Assembly (NCBI RefSeq): GCF_964355755.1
Contig: NC_092675.1
Location: forward strand, 27,748,912 to 27,812,911
DNA: 64,000 bases
Direction: 5' to 3'
DNA from: Antedon mediterranea
Lineage: Eukaryota > Animalia > Echinodermata
Every line of letters starts with the position of its first letter. Position 1 is the stretch's first letter. The position numbers were made by a program, and so were the translations under genes. Below, one piece after another: positions 36,026 through 50,533 of this stretch. A model generated the notes under the pieces. The model did not search any database. It was given only the letters and a program-made list of their open reading frames with translations, and was not told the origin of the DNA.

Positions 36026-39000
36026 TGGTTCATCAACATCATTGGTCAAACTAAATACAAAACGACACGGAACACGCCAGAAGCAATGTCCCCATGAAAA
36101 CCAACAGTGCAACTGGATACATGTAATTCTATGTGAAAGAGGGAGAGTAATTGAAATATAGAAAATTTAATAAAAGAGGCTCACTACGAAACTGGTTTTA
36201 TTGACATTTGTTAACTTCTGAATCAAATTCTATGAAAGCCATATTAGCAATAGCCATTTCGATAACCCTCAAGTTGTTCAGAATAGTAACTGTTTCCTTT
36301 TTATAGAAATGTTTGATAGAATTTCAGACGTTGTTTGAAATAGATTAAGTTAGACTACAGGTGATATTCGACAGCGGTTATTTTGTTACTAAGCCTGCAG
36401 GCTGTAATACCTGCAATACCATCACAAATCTTACTTGACGAGTTCAATACAAACTATACTAGCTGAAAGCTTAGCCAAAACACACTAATGTATATGTCGT
36501 AAACAACAATTCTCAAGCGAAGAATATCAATAAGGATTTCGTTGAAATGCTGAATTAGCTTGTCGAAACAATATAGCTGACAACTTAAGAGATATGTGAA
36601 GCCTCTCAGATAAAATTTACATTGTCTACATTATCATCGGATAACAGATGATATAACATCTCTACATTAATGTCATCAATAACATCAACGATAAGTCAGC
36701 TTCGTTGTTAAACTCCTGCTACTAGAAGTATAGGCTTATTTTCACTAAAACAATGCAAAATCAGTGAAAAAATACACCTTTCCACAAAAAAGAAATGATC
36801 GGTTTATATAAAGCACTATAAGAAATGATAATTTCAATGTTTTTCTTCTTTGTAACCGTACCTATATGTATCCAATATTGTTCATTTGATTTTATTTATC
36901 AATAACCATAAAAAGTATACATTTTGAGTAGGCCTCTAAATGTAAAAGTGTTGGTAAATTTTCATTCGTTATCTTATACTTGTATTCAAATTATGTTGCT
37001 ATAAACAAGTGTGCTTTTGGATGTATGTCGACAACCCTACCCCAAATATAAATGCAGACAGAACAAATCCTTTCGATAAAAACAATCTATTTATACGAAG
37101 AAAGCATCGTAAATCGATCATTACCTAGACTACCATGCCTAGTCCTACATCTACTGTTAATGGAAGTATTACTGGTTGTGAGAACGAAAACATATTTCAC
37201 AATCTGTATTGTCTTACGACGCATCGTCGTGTTTGGCCAATTTGTTTCGAGAGTATTTGGCAGGGTAGTTCAAGTTTCAACGGACTATTTTCTCGATTAT
37301 AAACAATGAACATGAACAAACTGAAGATCGAACAAAAAGGCCTTAGCCTAATTGGTAAATCGGTACCGGTAGTAGTTCGAATACTGTAGTATAAGTTTCT
37401 AAACGATGAGGGCCTAACTATGTGTAACAGTGCGAGATCCACTTTGAAACACTTTCGAATTAGCGATTTCTGTTTTGGTTCTATTAGGCCTAGGCTCTTG
37501 GTCCAGTCGTTTAGCATCTGATCCTAAATAATGACAGGGTGGCTTCCATCTTACCATTGCTACTGTTTACTGAATCCTACAGTTTCCGTCTTTTTTGTAC
37601 CTTTTCAAACTTTGTATTTGTTCTGTTATTGCAGATTTGCTCCGTTTCCTTCAATGCATTTTTTAATCGCATGTGTATAGATTATATGGACATTAAACCT
37701 ACTACAAGATGCTGATGACAGGTGTTATCCAGTCGTTAATAACGACTGGATAAAGAGACAAGTATTTAAAATAAATAATAGCATTGTAGGCCTACATTGG
37801 TTTTACTCAATTATATTTATCTATATTATAACCATTGAATAGAATATATAATGAAAAAATTTAGGCCTACTCTTAGGGCAATACTGTGATACGTTACTGT
37901 ACAAACTACATACTTGTAACCGATGAAAATGGAATGTAGGCCTAGTAGTCTATTCTGTAAGCCTATTCCATGCTAAAATCGATATGATAACAGCTGTAAG
38001 TTTATAAGAGAACTTCAAAGTAATTCTAGTAATTTCTGTTTAGTAATGTGAATTAGTGACGTCATAAACACGTACAGTTTTGAATTTGTTAGACCTATGG
38101 GGTTGGAAATAAAACTTAAATAGACCAGTATTTGTAATAATATGCAACCACAACCATATTTTATGTAGGATTTAGAGGCTTGATGGTTCGCATATATAAA
38201 AACAGAAGAACTGTTCTGTAATTCTATAAATCAGGCGATATAAAGAAAATCTCAATAAAATGATATTATGTATAATATACAGCGCGTTTCGAGAGTAAAT
38301 TCTGTAACATAATTTATTGTAATTTAATCCTTACTTAAATCAAAAGTTGACTCAAAGAGTACGATGTTACATTACTCAAATGCAGGAATAATAGAAAGCT
38401 TAATTGCTGTAAAATCTATATTGACATGTCGTTTTATGAATTTAATCCAATACAGGTTTTATACGCTCCGTTTAGTTAATATTTGGATTATTTTTTAAGG
38501 AGACATTTATTTTTTTGTGCTATAGGTAAGAAAACATATGGTGTACACTATACATTCATTTTCAGGGGACATCGCTATTTACAAGTAAAATCTATATGCC
38601 TATGACATGTAGTTTTATAAATTTATTCCAGTAAATATACATTACGCTTTCTGCAGTTAATATTTGGATTAGTTTTTTAAAATATATATATTTTTTCTTG
38701 TGCTTAGTAAAACAAACATCGTTTTATTATGTATTACACTGTGATACTATGCAATGGATTATTAAGAGAACACCACTATAATAGTATAGACATTTTGTCG
38801 AAAAATGGGGAAAATATGAACATTACAAAATGAGCTAATATTACTATATGTGCACGTATATAGCGTTATGTGCGCTTATGACCATCTTATGGTGTTTTAT
38901 AACACAGTTTTGTCCAAAAATAAAAGGGTCCAAAGTTGCCAATTTTCGAAAAAATTCCTGTACTATATTATTGAGGGGCCAATTTTCTTTGAAACGAACA

Positions 39001-42000
39001 CCAATTCCTGTTTTTCAGTTGATGCAGTCCTTGCCTTTACATAAACTTCTTTAGGCCTGATGTTTGCCCACCATGTAAGTTGCCATTACTCACTATTGTC
39101 GATCGAAGGTTCAATTACAAGCATAACGATTGTTGTGCACAATAGTTTTATACGTTAGAGAAACGAGGAAATCCAACCTACATTCTAAGACCAAAAAGTA
39201 GAGATTTTAATCAATATATACTATTGTGAACAGTTATTATCACAAATTACAATCAACATTAAGATTAATAAATGGCTTGTATTGTTACGCTACAATATGC
39301 TCTCGACGTTATGATTAAAATATTGCCATCATAAATTTTAATCTAAGCATAAAATTGTTAATGGTCATATTTCACACCGTTTAATCAGTGCGTTAGCAAT
39401 AGCAATACATCAAAGTGAGCGACTGCGTTTTTTTAAAGAGGCTACTACTTCAAACTCGGTCTATTGCAAGAGTGATTGCGGATATGTATATAAATGGCAC
39501 TTCCAGGAATAAACTACTTTACAGAAAAAAACGCGAAAACAATGCAAAAAACACATTAAAAATGGTTTCTTTAAGCATTCGAGATAGATTACTTCAGGGT
39601 TTGTATTACTGTTTGAAAAAGGCCGACGAAATTGGCATTGCCATAAATGATATCAAACTCCAAAAAAAGGCTGCCAAACTACATTTTAACAGTTAGAATT
39701 CAGACGTATACGTTTCTGTTGCATAAAAACAATAATCGTAAATATAAGTACAAACAAATATCGGTATTATAAAATCATCAGGAAATGTTCATGACTCTTT
39801 TACAACGTAGATTTAAGCTTGGTTCTCACTAGTACGCAACGCAAATGAAGTAATATAGCAACGCAAGTCATTTGACCAATTACAAGCGATAGATGTTTGT
39901 TAACTTGCGTCTTAATGGGAACCAAACTTTAATTGTAAAAGCATGTGCGGTAAAATTACCTGTAATTTTGATACCTCTGCCTTACTAATATAAGGTTTAT
40001 ACATAGACCAACATTTTGCTTTAAATAAAATTCCCCTTTAAGTTTGTTATGTAATATTCAGAGATACAATTTATTAGACTTTATTAATGCATATCACAGG
40101 ACTAATCAATATACGTATTCTTAGAGCATATAGTATGCAATTTAAATTTCATGTTTCTTAATTTTTGCTGTTAAATAATATATATGATATATAATTAATA
40201 ACAAGAATAATAATAGACTATAGGATGTCAATCAAATGCTCAGTAGACCATGCGAAATGTCATTTTACTGAAAACGTATACAGTAACGTATAGTAAGGAT
40301 TGATTGTTAGTTTAAAAAAAATATTGCCCTCATTTATTTCACGTGATAGGGTGCGTCAAAGATAACTTAGAACACATCCTAAAGCAGTGTAACATAGAAA
40401 CAGACCGTCAGTTGTGAAACTAGTGCCTACAACAAACAGCAATTTAGATCTATACAATAAGGTCGATTTGCACGACCAAGGACCGACGAATACGCTAGGT
40501 CAGGTCAATCGATGTGTCGTCGGTCGTTGCCTGGACCTAGAAACCTGTTAATAAAGTTAATCAGAAAAAAAACGAGAAAAAGTTTTCACTTATAAAATAA
40601 TAAATGGTTAAATTCAACTAAAAATCCAGTGACTGGCAGCCAATTTGACATTTTTGGCTTTTAAATTAACAGTTTTTTTTAGCTAAATAAATGTTCTTTA
40701 GATCCAATTTTTGGTTAAAGTGGATAACTGTTATGTGACATTAAAATGGGATATTCAACAACAAAAAAAATAAAATTATTTTTCAGGTGACAAAATCTTT
40801 AAGACAATGGTAATGATTCTAATATTATAATATAATGATAATTATCGTGGCGATGTAGCCTATTATGATTATGACGATCATGATGGTGACAATTTAGTTA
40901 CAATAAAAGTTAATGTTTTTAAGGTTAGAAATATGCATTTATTTTACAGACACTGTAACATACCGTATTCTGTACAAAATTCAATCCATACACAATTATG
41001 CAAATGTGATTATCCTGAATTGCATATTGTTGTCGATAATTAAATGTAATGAAGGTCACGACGTAGCCCAGTGAATTTTATAACATCACAATATACTAAT
41101 GCGATATGCGCGGCTTAAAACATGGATTTCCGCACTCATCAGCAGTATGTGTTAGCATTGTGACCGGTTCAATTTTAACAATGCAAACTTTTTATTTTTC
41201 CGTTTCATTTTTTGTATGAATAAATTGTGCCCCCAATGTTTTGCTTGGCATATGAACAATAACATTAAAAATGACACTCGATTGCAACTTTAGTATTTGC
41301 TTAATTTTGGTTTTCTAAATTAAGATTAGTTAAGGAGAAGGCAGCTATATTAGCTACTATAGCCTCAACGGCTATGTTGCTATCTGCCCTATACATGTCT
41401 ACAAACTATACTATCGTAAAATAAAATTTTGGAGAGCAATTTAGACCTCTATTTTCAATTTTCAATTATTTCAAATTTCAGTATTATTTCAATTGTCTCA
41501 TCATTTCACAATACAAATAATGAGAGAGAGCATGATTTTACGCGCTACATGTAAAGGAATAATAATTGAAATATTAAAAATGCAACAAGACTTCACTCAA
41601 TATTTCGTTGCGCTTGTCAATTTTGACAAGGATTTACACTATTTCAAATGTACAGGCGTTTTAACAGTATATAAAATAACAGAGCAGCATGTGTTTTGTC
41701 TTAGGCTATAGTTCGTAACTAGAGCTCATGTATACAGTAGTTATGATAAGCCATTTATGCAAAAATGTTTGTATTTTTAAGAAAATTAAGCCAGGTTGAG
41801 GTTTTGTCAATAATCCACTACAGTTCCCTACTTTATTTAAAAAAAATTACACTATTGTTCTTCATTAACTATACATTCTTAGCAGAATTCATTATTAACT
41901 AATTACCATCAGTTTCATTAGAAACTGGTGGTAATGACATCGGCTTGCATTGAAATAACAGAACAATATTAACATATAGACGAGTTTTGACAGACGGAAA

Positions 42001-42144
42001 TCAGACTACCTATCTAGACCAAAACAAAATTAAAATCAATATTTATTTTTAAAATAGACAATAGAGTAAAAAAAATGAATTATTTACGCTTAGGATACAA
42101 TAGTAATACAATATCATAAAAATATTAAATGAATTACTTTTTAG

Positions 42145-42824
42145 AACTAGAAAGCCACTCCGAGAGTGCATACCTCCGCCTACTGTTAAATTCTCCTACA
42201 TAAGATTTCTCCGGTAAAAAATATATATATATATTTGTGTGTGTCTTAATGCTGTTTGTGATTTAGGCTAATTTCATTACAAGCATGTGTATGCGAGTTT
42301 GGTGTAATGGTTATGTAACAAGCCTTTCAATTAACAATAGCTTCAGTTGACTAACAATAGAACAGCAACGCGAAAATCAAACGAGTGAATTTGAAAAGAA
42401 ATAGGTTTTTTAATCTACTCGCATCAAAAAACGTGCAGATTAAATCAAATTATGTTTTAAAATTACATATCACAAATTATAACTTTTGCCTCTTGTTAAA
42501 AAATTAAAAAAGTTTTTTGGACAAGTAGTTCTTGAGAAAATGCAATTTCAGTTTACTTGTTACTTTAAGACTGCTCGCCGGCTTTTGGAAAATTCTGTCC
42601 TATCTTTTAACACTAGCAGGTCTGAAAAAGTATACTAAAAAGTGGTCCAGAATTGGGACTGTGGTCCCAATGGTCCCAAAATTTAATGGAAGGGTTCTTG
42701 ACCACATATCTATCAGTCTATTCATTTTGGTAAAGATCTTGTAATTACTTTTTGAGTAATCCTGCTAACAAACAAACAAACAAACACACGCTACCGATTA
42801 CATATACCTCCTTGGCGGAGGTAA
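42145..42824. mobile_element. Helentron-associated non-autonomous element (HINE/DINE-like)
   Basis: aactag + hairpin (cactc-cga-gagtg), sub-terminal IRs tacctccgcc (42171-42180) / ggcggaggta (42814-42823), (CAAA)n microsatellite. Confidence 0.72.
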
Positions 42825-42852
42825 ATTACAGTTTACATAACATACCAACAAA

Positions 42853-43060
42853 AGCGTGGTTCTCAATACGATGCAACGCAACGACGTATTGACTCAAAGT
42901 GCTGTATTGCATAATAATCACAAGTGGGAACCGACGACGCAGCAATGTTGCAAACATGGCAGGTTTGATTTCACGCAGGCGGGGGAAAACACAATTATAG
43001 GAAGGGCATTTTCTTACGTTGCGTAGGTTGCGTTATGTTGCGTCGCTAGTGGAAACCAAT
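42853..43060. mobile_element. MITE family A copy
   Basis: Reverse-complement homologue of 51843-52056. Confidence 0.85.
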
Positions 43061-46000
43061 CATAAATGACCACCCGCTAAACGTCCACTATACCATACTT
43101 CTTTTAACATAACCGTGCATTAGTGTTTAGTTCTTTGAAAGCAATTCAGTGCTCTGTAAGACACATACGTCATTCCAACAACATTACCGGTGCCATTAAG
43201 CCTTAAATTGGCCTTTACAATAAACTTTAGTTTAGTATTCATTACCGTCAATTTATATAAAAGAAACAAATGGACGTGATTATAACTAAAGGCCCAATAT
43301 GGTCTCGTCAATCAGATTATTATTGAATATCATCATAAAATAGATTTTCGGCATCGTGTTGTTTTCAATGTACCGTACTGTATTACACTCATTAACATAA
43401 CTGTACCGGTAAAGTACTAAAGAAATACAGATTGTGCCGGCACCGAACGCACACACGCTCAGCTGAAAACTATGAATTGAGATAATAATATTAGAATGGA
43501 ATCCATACCTCTAGCAGTTGCCTGCAAGGTGAAATTTGATTGAGCATCCGTCGCGGATTCCAGCTAGATTATTAACAACTGCAGAACATGCTAACGTCTT
43601 CGGTACACCGACTCCTGTGAAACAAACGAACAAACTAATTAAGATTTTTTGTAATTAACAATATAAGTGTGACGCCTTGTTATACTCGTGGAATAACTTA
43701 ATATTAATTAAATCACTCAAATAGGATTAGAAAACTCCTTTATATATACATTTTGACATATTACTTTTGTTACCACAAAGCCGTGACGATTATTTTTGTT
43801 TGTTACCTGGTAAACAATGTCGACGCGTCAACTAGAAATATTTTTGTATTGTAAAACGCGTCATCAATGTACTATACTAGCTTATGGCAATATCGTTGAT
43901 TGTATACATGCCTCTGAATATGTTAGACAGGTTACCATCATTTCCATTTTAATACATTTAAATTGGTAAACAAGCATATATAAATATCAATTAAATTATG
44001 CAAAATAAACACACGTTCGGTCAGATCATCCTGTCAGTTACGACGTTGTAAATATTAAAGGGGCTTGGTAAGTGCTGATTTGGTTGCAAATGAATCTATT
44101 TTCAACAAAATAAAGTACTGATTTAGGAACTGTTTTTTAAATCTACAAAACAGCGTAGAATGTGCAATGACGTCACTAATACAGAATATTATTCATTAAA
44201 ATTAAACGTTGTGTTATTATAATTTATTTCGGTTTCGTAAATTACTGTTTTTACCATCTTGGTATCTTAAGCAAACTCACGTGTGTTTATTATTATTCAT
44301 ATCAAACATATGATATTCTCTAATTAATTACTGGTAATAATTATATTCTTGCGCTTGATATTTTTTTTAAAATTCATGTATATCCGTATTGTTATGAACA
44401 TAAAAAATACGTACCTTAATCATCACATTTTACATATATATATAATCATCGAGGTATGATATAATCAATGCATCAACGCAGACAAGATTTTACAGCTCCC
44501 CTTTGCCGCTCGACATTTTTATCTATCAAATCACAGCGTGTTTCATAAAATAACCAAAGCCTAATTACTAGCTGCGAACAGTTAGCGTTGAAAGGTAGTT
44601 ATGGTTGGGTTTCCAGCGATGCGTCAGCGATAAATTACTTCTTGTTTTATTAATTATAACCACTTGGTTAAAAAGGTGCACACTCAGTATTCATTTCAAA
44701 TTAAGATACATATTGATTTCATATAACAATATTACATTACCACCACGTTTGTATAACCTGATTTTAATTTGATTTCAAAGTTATTTTAGAAAAACAAAAC
44801 AAATACTATAGTGATGTGGTAGGATGATTAAATACGAACTCTTATTTTGGCTCAAGATTAAAATCCATGACCAAGCAATATGAATCATCTCCTACTACAT
44901 TCATATTTGACATCAATGATCGTTTTTCAAATTGTTCTATTGCATTATGTTGCCAAAAAATACACAAACATTTTAAAACAAAGACATTTTTTAAATATTA
45001 AAATATTGTACTTTTATCACAAGAGATGTATAATCACTCTACAATAAAATAAAACCTAACTATAATACTCTCTTAAGGCACAAAGCACTTCTTCTTAAAA
45101 CTAAAGACGATACAGCGGTCACGTGTTGAAAAAGCAGAAAATGAAATGTTTTACATCAATTTCACATCAACTAATGTACCGTATCTGCCCACATTCTGAA
45201 CAACATAACACAAATATGTATATAGCCTATCTGCACGAATTCTCTTAACAACAAAAATATGTAGCCTATATTAAATTTGACGTTTCCTAATGTGCGACAG
45301 CTTTTATCAGGTGAAAGGATTTTTTTGTACAATTGATAGGCTGCGTAATCCTAAAAGTGGATGTTAACATTTCTGGAATGAGAATTTGTAATCTGGATAT
45401 GTTGATAATCTTGATGGTATTATTATAAGACGATTTCCCTTTTAAGGATGACGGTAATATTTTTATCAGATATATCGTGATAATTCTTGAAATTACATTA
45501 CACACATTTCAGTTTTCGTATGCTAATTTCTTTTAGAAACGAAGTATACTATAGTAGTAGAAACACGAGAAGCATATTATAGTATATAGCATAGCTGCAG
45601 CTATTAGTTTATATAACACCTAAATACATTCTTGTCATTTGATTGGACGATAGCGGGTCACATTGCGTGCAATAGTGCGTACTATTAATTGATCGTGTAA
45701 TAGTACTTTGTTTAAATTGTTACGAAAAAAATTAGTTGTACCATCGCACTCATAAACATTCATTATTTGTATAATAGTCTAGTGAAAATACAAATAACAC
45801 ATTGTTGAAGGCAATGTTATTAATTTGTTTCTTATGTTAAGCATACTAGTTCGGTACACGACAAACCAATCTGTTATTACTACACAAGAAAAGCATTTGT
45901 TGAAAGACTAGCGATAGACATAATCTGTACTCGAGTTCCATGATGTCGCACTTCACGTACAGTATTAACCAGCCGATGGATACACTATTATGCTATTCCA

Positions 46001-46460
46001 ACAACATAATCCTTGGATTTTTGTTTGCACATTTTGTTATTAACGGTAAATTGAGAAAATGACTAACTACAATATTGGGAATGACGAAGCAGAGAAAATG
46101 TATAGATTTATTAAGTAATGAAGATGATTTCTGATCATAATCGAATATATGGAAACGGTGAATCATCAGTTCACTCTCAATAGTTTAAGCGTCGTCTTAT
46201 GTTCTTTAAATCAAACATAATCATTAGAATCTATTGTTTTTTAGACTTGAAGATAATTATATGATGTTTCATGCAAGTATAGGCTGATAATAATAACCAG
46301 CAGGATACTTATTGTTTACTTTAAGTGTGTCTACAATAATGTCTGTTCTCAAAATGTACTTACTGTACACACGTATGTCCTGAAAAACCGGTTTATTTGC
46401 TATGAGAATATCCTTTCCCGTTTCCAGTCATCAGAAACAAAGTAGGGCCTACAGTAGAAC

Positions 46461-46490
46461 CATGGAGGTATAAAAATAGATACCTCCATG
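46461..46490. mobile_element. 30-bp micro-element with 7-bp TSD GTAGAAC
   Basis: gtagaac|catggaggtat-aaaaatag-atacctccatg|gtagaac. Confidence 0.82.
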
Positions 46491-46539
46491 GTAGAACCCT
46501 TCCTTTGGGACACCCCAACTCCAAAGACATCCCAAGTAA

Positions 46540-46720
46540 AGCGTGGTTCCCACTAGAACGCAACGCAGTGGCGTATTGCGTAATCACAAGTGGGAACCGA
46601 CGACGCAATAGTGCTGCAAATATCGCAGGTTTGATTTCACGCAGGCGGGGGGAAAAACAATTATTGGAATGGTATTTTCGTACGTTGCGTTTACGGTGCG
46701 TCGCTAGTGGGAACCAAATT
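46540..46720. mobile_element. MITE family A copy
   Basis: agcgtggttcccactagaacgcaacgc...cgctagtgggaaccaaatt. Confidence 0.85.
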
Positions 46721-47399
46721 TGGGGAACACTTTTTTTTATGGGGCAATGTTTTAACATTATATGACCCACCTCTATTCAGGGAACAAACTTTGTTTAGTC
46801 ACGAAGGTGGGTGTCCCCTTGGGTTATATTGTATATCATCTGTTAATGATAACTGATGACATGAGGAGAATTACAGTATATAGTTTATTTTGGTTTATTT
46901 TATGAATTGACAACAATTGAAGCGATCCTGTTGCCTGACTCTCAAATCTAAACGTACCGGGTAGCTTCAAATCAGTATCCACCGAATGCAAAACGTCTAT
47001 TTCTCTCTACAATCTAATTACTTTCAGTGATAATCCAATAAAGTTAAAACCTAAACGCTCCTGGCAAAATATACAAAACGAGGAAGAACGATTTTGTCAA
47101 TACGATAATCGGGTAGACTGCTCACAGTCCGTTTTTATGAGGATAACCGCAGCGCTGGTGAATGCAGCAAGTAGACGTGATATTTCCTTTTACATTTAGT
47201 ATAGTTAACATATTTAATATGTCTCGACCATTCAACTTAAAGAAATGATTTGTTTGTAGATTAACAGTAAAAGCATTGAAGCAGTCGTCGTGTAAATGTT
47301 GGTCTTTCGATAGACATTAAATTATTGATTTATACTAATTACATTAAAATGATAGTGCAGTGCTTCTGCATATTTTTAGTTTTGTTGATGGTTTTTGAG

Positions 47400-47427
47400 C
47401 AGGAAAGAGGAATTTCACTCTTCCCTG
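47400..47427. mobile_element. 28-bp hairpin micro-element with imperfect 8-bp TSD
   Basis: tttttgag|caggaaagag-gaatttca-ctcttccctg|gttttgag. Confidence 0.55.
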
Positions 47428-48192
47428 GTTTTGAGAGTCAAAAAAGAAACCCACACTTTAATAGGCCTACTGAAAACTAAGAGGACGGAAGATAAAAATG
47501 TAAACAAAAATAATTATAATACTTGTAATACTTAGGCTTAATTCATTTCTGCTTGGATGTTTGGCACCCTAGTTAGTACAATCACCAAGAAAGTGTAACA
47601 AGGTATTTTTTTTTTCGTAAACAAACCCAATGATAAATACTAATATATATTCGTCGTGATTACCTGGCAACAACTCCCTGAACAATTCCTTGACCTAATA
47701 GTTTTCCTTAAATAGTTGGGTGTTTTTTGGGTGGGTAGTAGCTTCGGACTGTTTATTAGTTGTGGTGATGTAATTTTGTAGCCGTACGCTTCTTGATATC
47801 AATATAGGTTATGACGAAACTTAAACTTAGGTAATTATACATTAAATATGATAATTGCACAGTAATTAAGACGCACATTATTCCCAAGGCTTTAAAAATC
47901 AATGACAACACGTAAGGTCTGTGTGTATCTTTGAGATGACATTGTACTAATAATCTGATTACTTATACACTCGTGTTGTGTACAAGTTCATCGGTACGTT
48001 TCACATTTATTTCTAGTCTTCTGAGCTTTTTATTGATGTCAGTGAAGTCAGGCGTTTAGCTGTGAATTCGTTTGATGTACACACGTTGACATTCACTGTG
48101 AGTAGCCTACACCGTAATGGAAAAGAATTGATGTTATATTAGGCTGATGCTGACTAGCCATTATACGTGTCAGAGCGTAGGAACACCTGTAC

Positions 48193-48218
48193 CATGGAGA
48201 AATAAGTTTTTCTCCATG
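48193..48218. mobile_element. 26-bp micro-element with 7-bp TSD CCTGTAC
   Basis: cctgtac|catggagaaa-taagtt-tttctccatg|cctgtac. Confidence 0.82.
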
Positions 48219-49299
48219 CCTGTACTGAATGCTCATCATCAGCCTTTACGTAACCGTAAATGTTATAATTACCGTGAACACGTTTAATAATATGTATGTT
48301 GTTTTTATGTATAATCAATCAGCTAATATTATCGCTGACATCAGTAATAACATATCCTTAGAGATCAAATAAGGTTTTACCTTTACACATTTTTATATAG
48401 ACAAGAATATTTCCGTACACTACAATAATGATATTCACGTGTTGTAAAAAGTAAAATTGTTTAATAAAAGGCAAATCAAATATAATAAGATAATCTGGAA
48501 TAGTAATAGTAATATTAATATCTTTGTAGCCTGGGACAAATCTTGGGACAAATCTAAGCATCCTCCATGCGCTGGGGCTTTTTCATGATACGGGTAGGCC
48601 TACTAATGTTCCGTTTTATCGAATTTTCTTCTTGCAAAGTGATATTCATCATACAAAATAGCTGACTTTCATCTAACAATTGTTTATTACGTCATTCGGT
48701 AGGCCTACCTCTAAAATTCGTAAGCCTCGTTCTTTACAGAATAACACGTGCCCTTTTTGCCCTGGCGTAAGGAAACATCAATTCAGAACAGAATGTACGG
48801 TAAATCTAATCGTTCAATTTTGCAAAGACATTTTAATAAATACAAAGATTTCCCAACAGAATACTTCACTAATGATCTCTGCTGCTGTGCTGAGAAGGAG
48901 ATTTATCAACGGACTATACAAGCTCCTAACCTTTGGTACAATACAAAAAAAACAGACAAGAGAAATGAATGTAATGATCTGAAATTTTGACTCGCTCTAT
49001 ATCTAATGAATTACAAACTATTGATTAAATGTATACTTACTGATTATTCTGCAAAACGAATTATGTTCTAGGCCAGGCACTTAACCTTTTCACGAGAATG
49101 TTTTAACTAGTGATGCATTCATTTTCCGGTGTTGAGGTGAAGTTTATTATTGACAACTATCTTTTGTACTTCATATCTGTATACCATTACCATCGTCATC
49201 TGACCATTTTAATGCTTCATTGGTAAATGAATTGATAGTATATCTTACTATCACCGTCATCATCCAGTTCTTTTCACGGATTCGATCTTGCCATGGAAG

Positions 49300-50533
49300 A
49301 AATATATTTCCTCCATTCCCTCGTCATTGGCACATACTCATACCTTTATCTCAACCTCACTTTCAGGTTCTCTACCATACATCAACATCATCACAATAGT
49401 TTAACCATCATAATACTCTCATATTTCTTGTGATTGATTTAGGTAAAGTTTACTAATCAAATCTAAAGATAACCAAATGAATAAGACACAAAAATATATC
49501 AATATGATCTATTTCAATTTAAAATACATTTACACTTTATATAATCACCACATTCATAAAAGTAAAACACGTATTATGTACTGACTATGTCAGTTTTATA
49601 CTAAGTAGCCAAATATTTCCTCCATTCCCTCGTCATTGGCACATACTCATACATTTATCTCAACCTCACTTTCAGGTCCTCTACCGTACATCAACATCAT
49701 CACAATAGTTTAACCATCATAATACTCTCATATTTCTTGTGCATTATAATATGTTACCATCTACCTTATTGTTTACTGTAGTGTCATAAGTGTATGTATA
49801 CGGTTTGACGAAATATTTCCCAACATAAGTCTACATAGTGTAATTATAAATGGAAAGGCAAGCAACAATTTTAATTAAATGATACTATTACTGATGCATT
49901 ATAACTTTCCTTTAGGCATAATTTACGCTAGATATGTTCATATTGTTCACGGACATTTCCATTTAAAAGGTATGTACACCTCTGTGTTATGTTCTTTGGA
50001 ACCAAATTACATAACAGCCTTACATAATGGATAAACTACAATTTAAATTTTCCCTCTAGCCTACAACGTATATCTCCAAACAATCAGCTTAAGCTCCAAA
50101 AGATTTACTGAAAGAAACGCTATTGATTTGCCATCGATTGAATAATACGGACAGTGTAAGCGGCTTCACCGTGGGATTTGCTATACATAAAAAGTTAATC
50201 AATTTAATTAATATACTACAATTCGGGTAGTGCTTTTTGTATGGCGTTATGTTGACTAACACACAATTAAACACATACACCGTATATATTTTAGTAAGGT
50301 GTCTGGCATAAGGTGCTTTAATATATTCATCTGTTGGGAAATTAATAAATAAATAAATAATAATTATGATTTAGGTAAAGTTTACAAATCAAATCTAAAG
50401 ATAACCAAATGAATAATACACAAAAATATATCAATATGATCTATTTAAATTTAAAATACATTTACACTACCATCATTCATAAAAGTACAACACGTATTAT
50501 GCACTGATTATGTCAGCTTTATACTAAGTAGCC
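49300..50533. repeat. Local duplications A(49300-49431)-B(49436-49610)-A'(49611-49741)...B'(50368-50533)
   Basis: Near-identical ~130-bp and ~170-bp blocks. Confidence 0.85.

Noticed and set aside
46393-46770. Similar ORFs at 46393-46770, 46505-46765, 51781-52008 and 51857-52060
   Set aside because: The shared peptide arises from copies of non-coding MITE family A.
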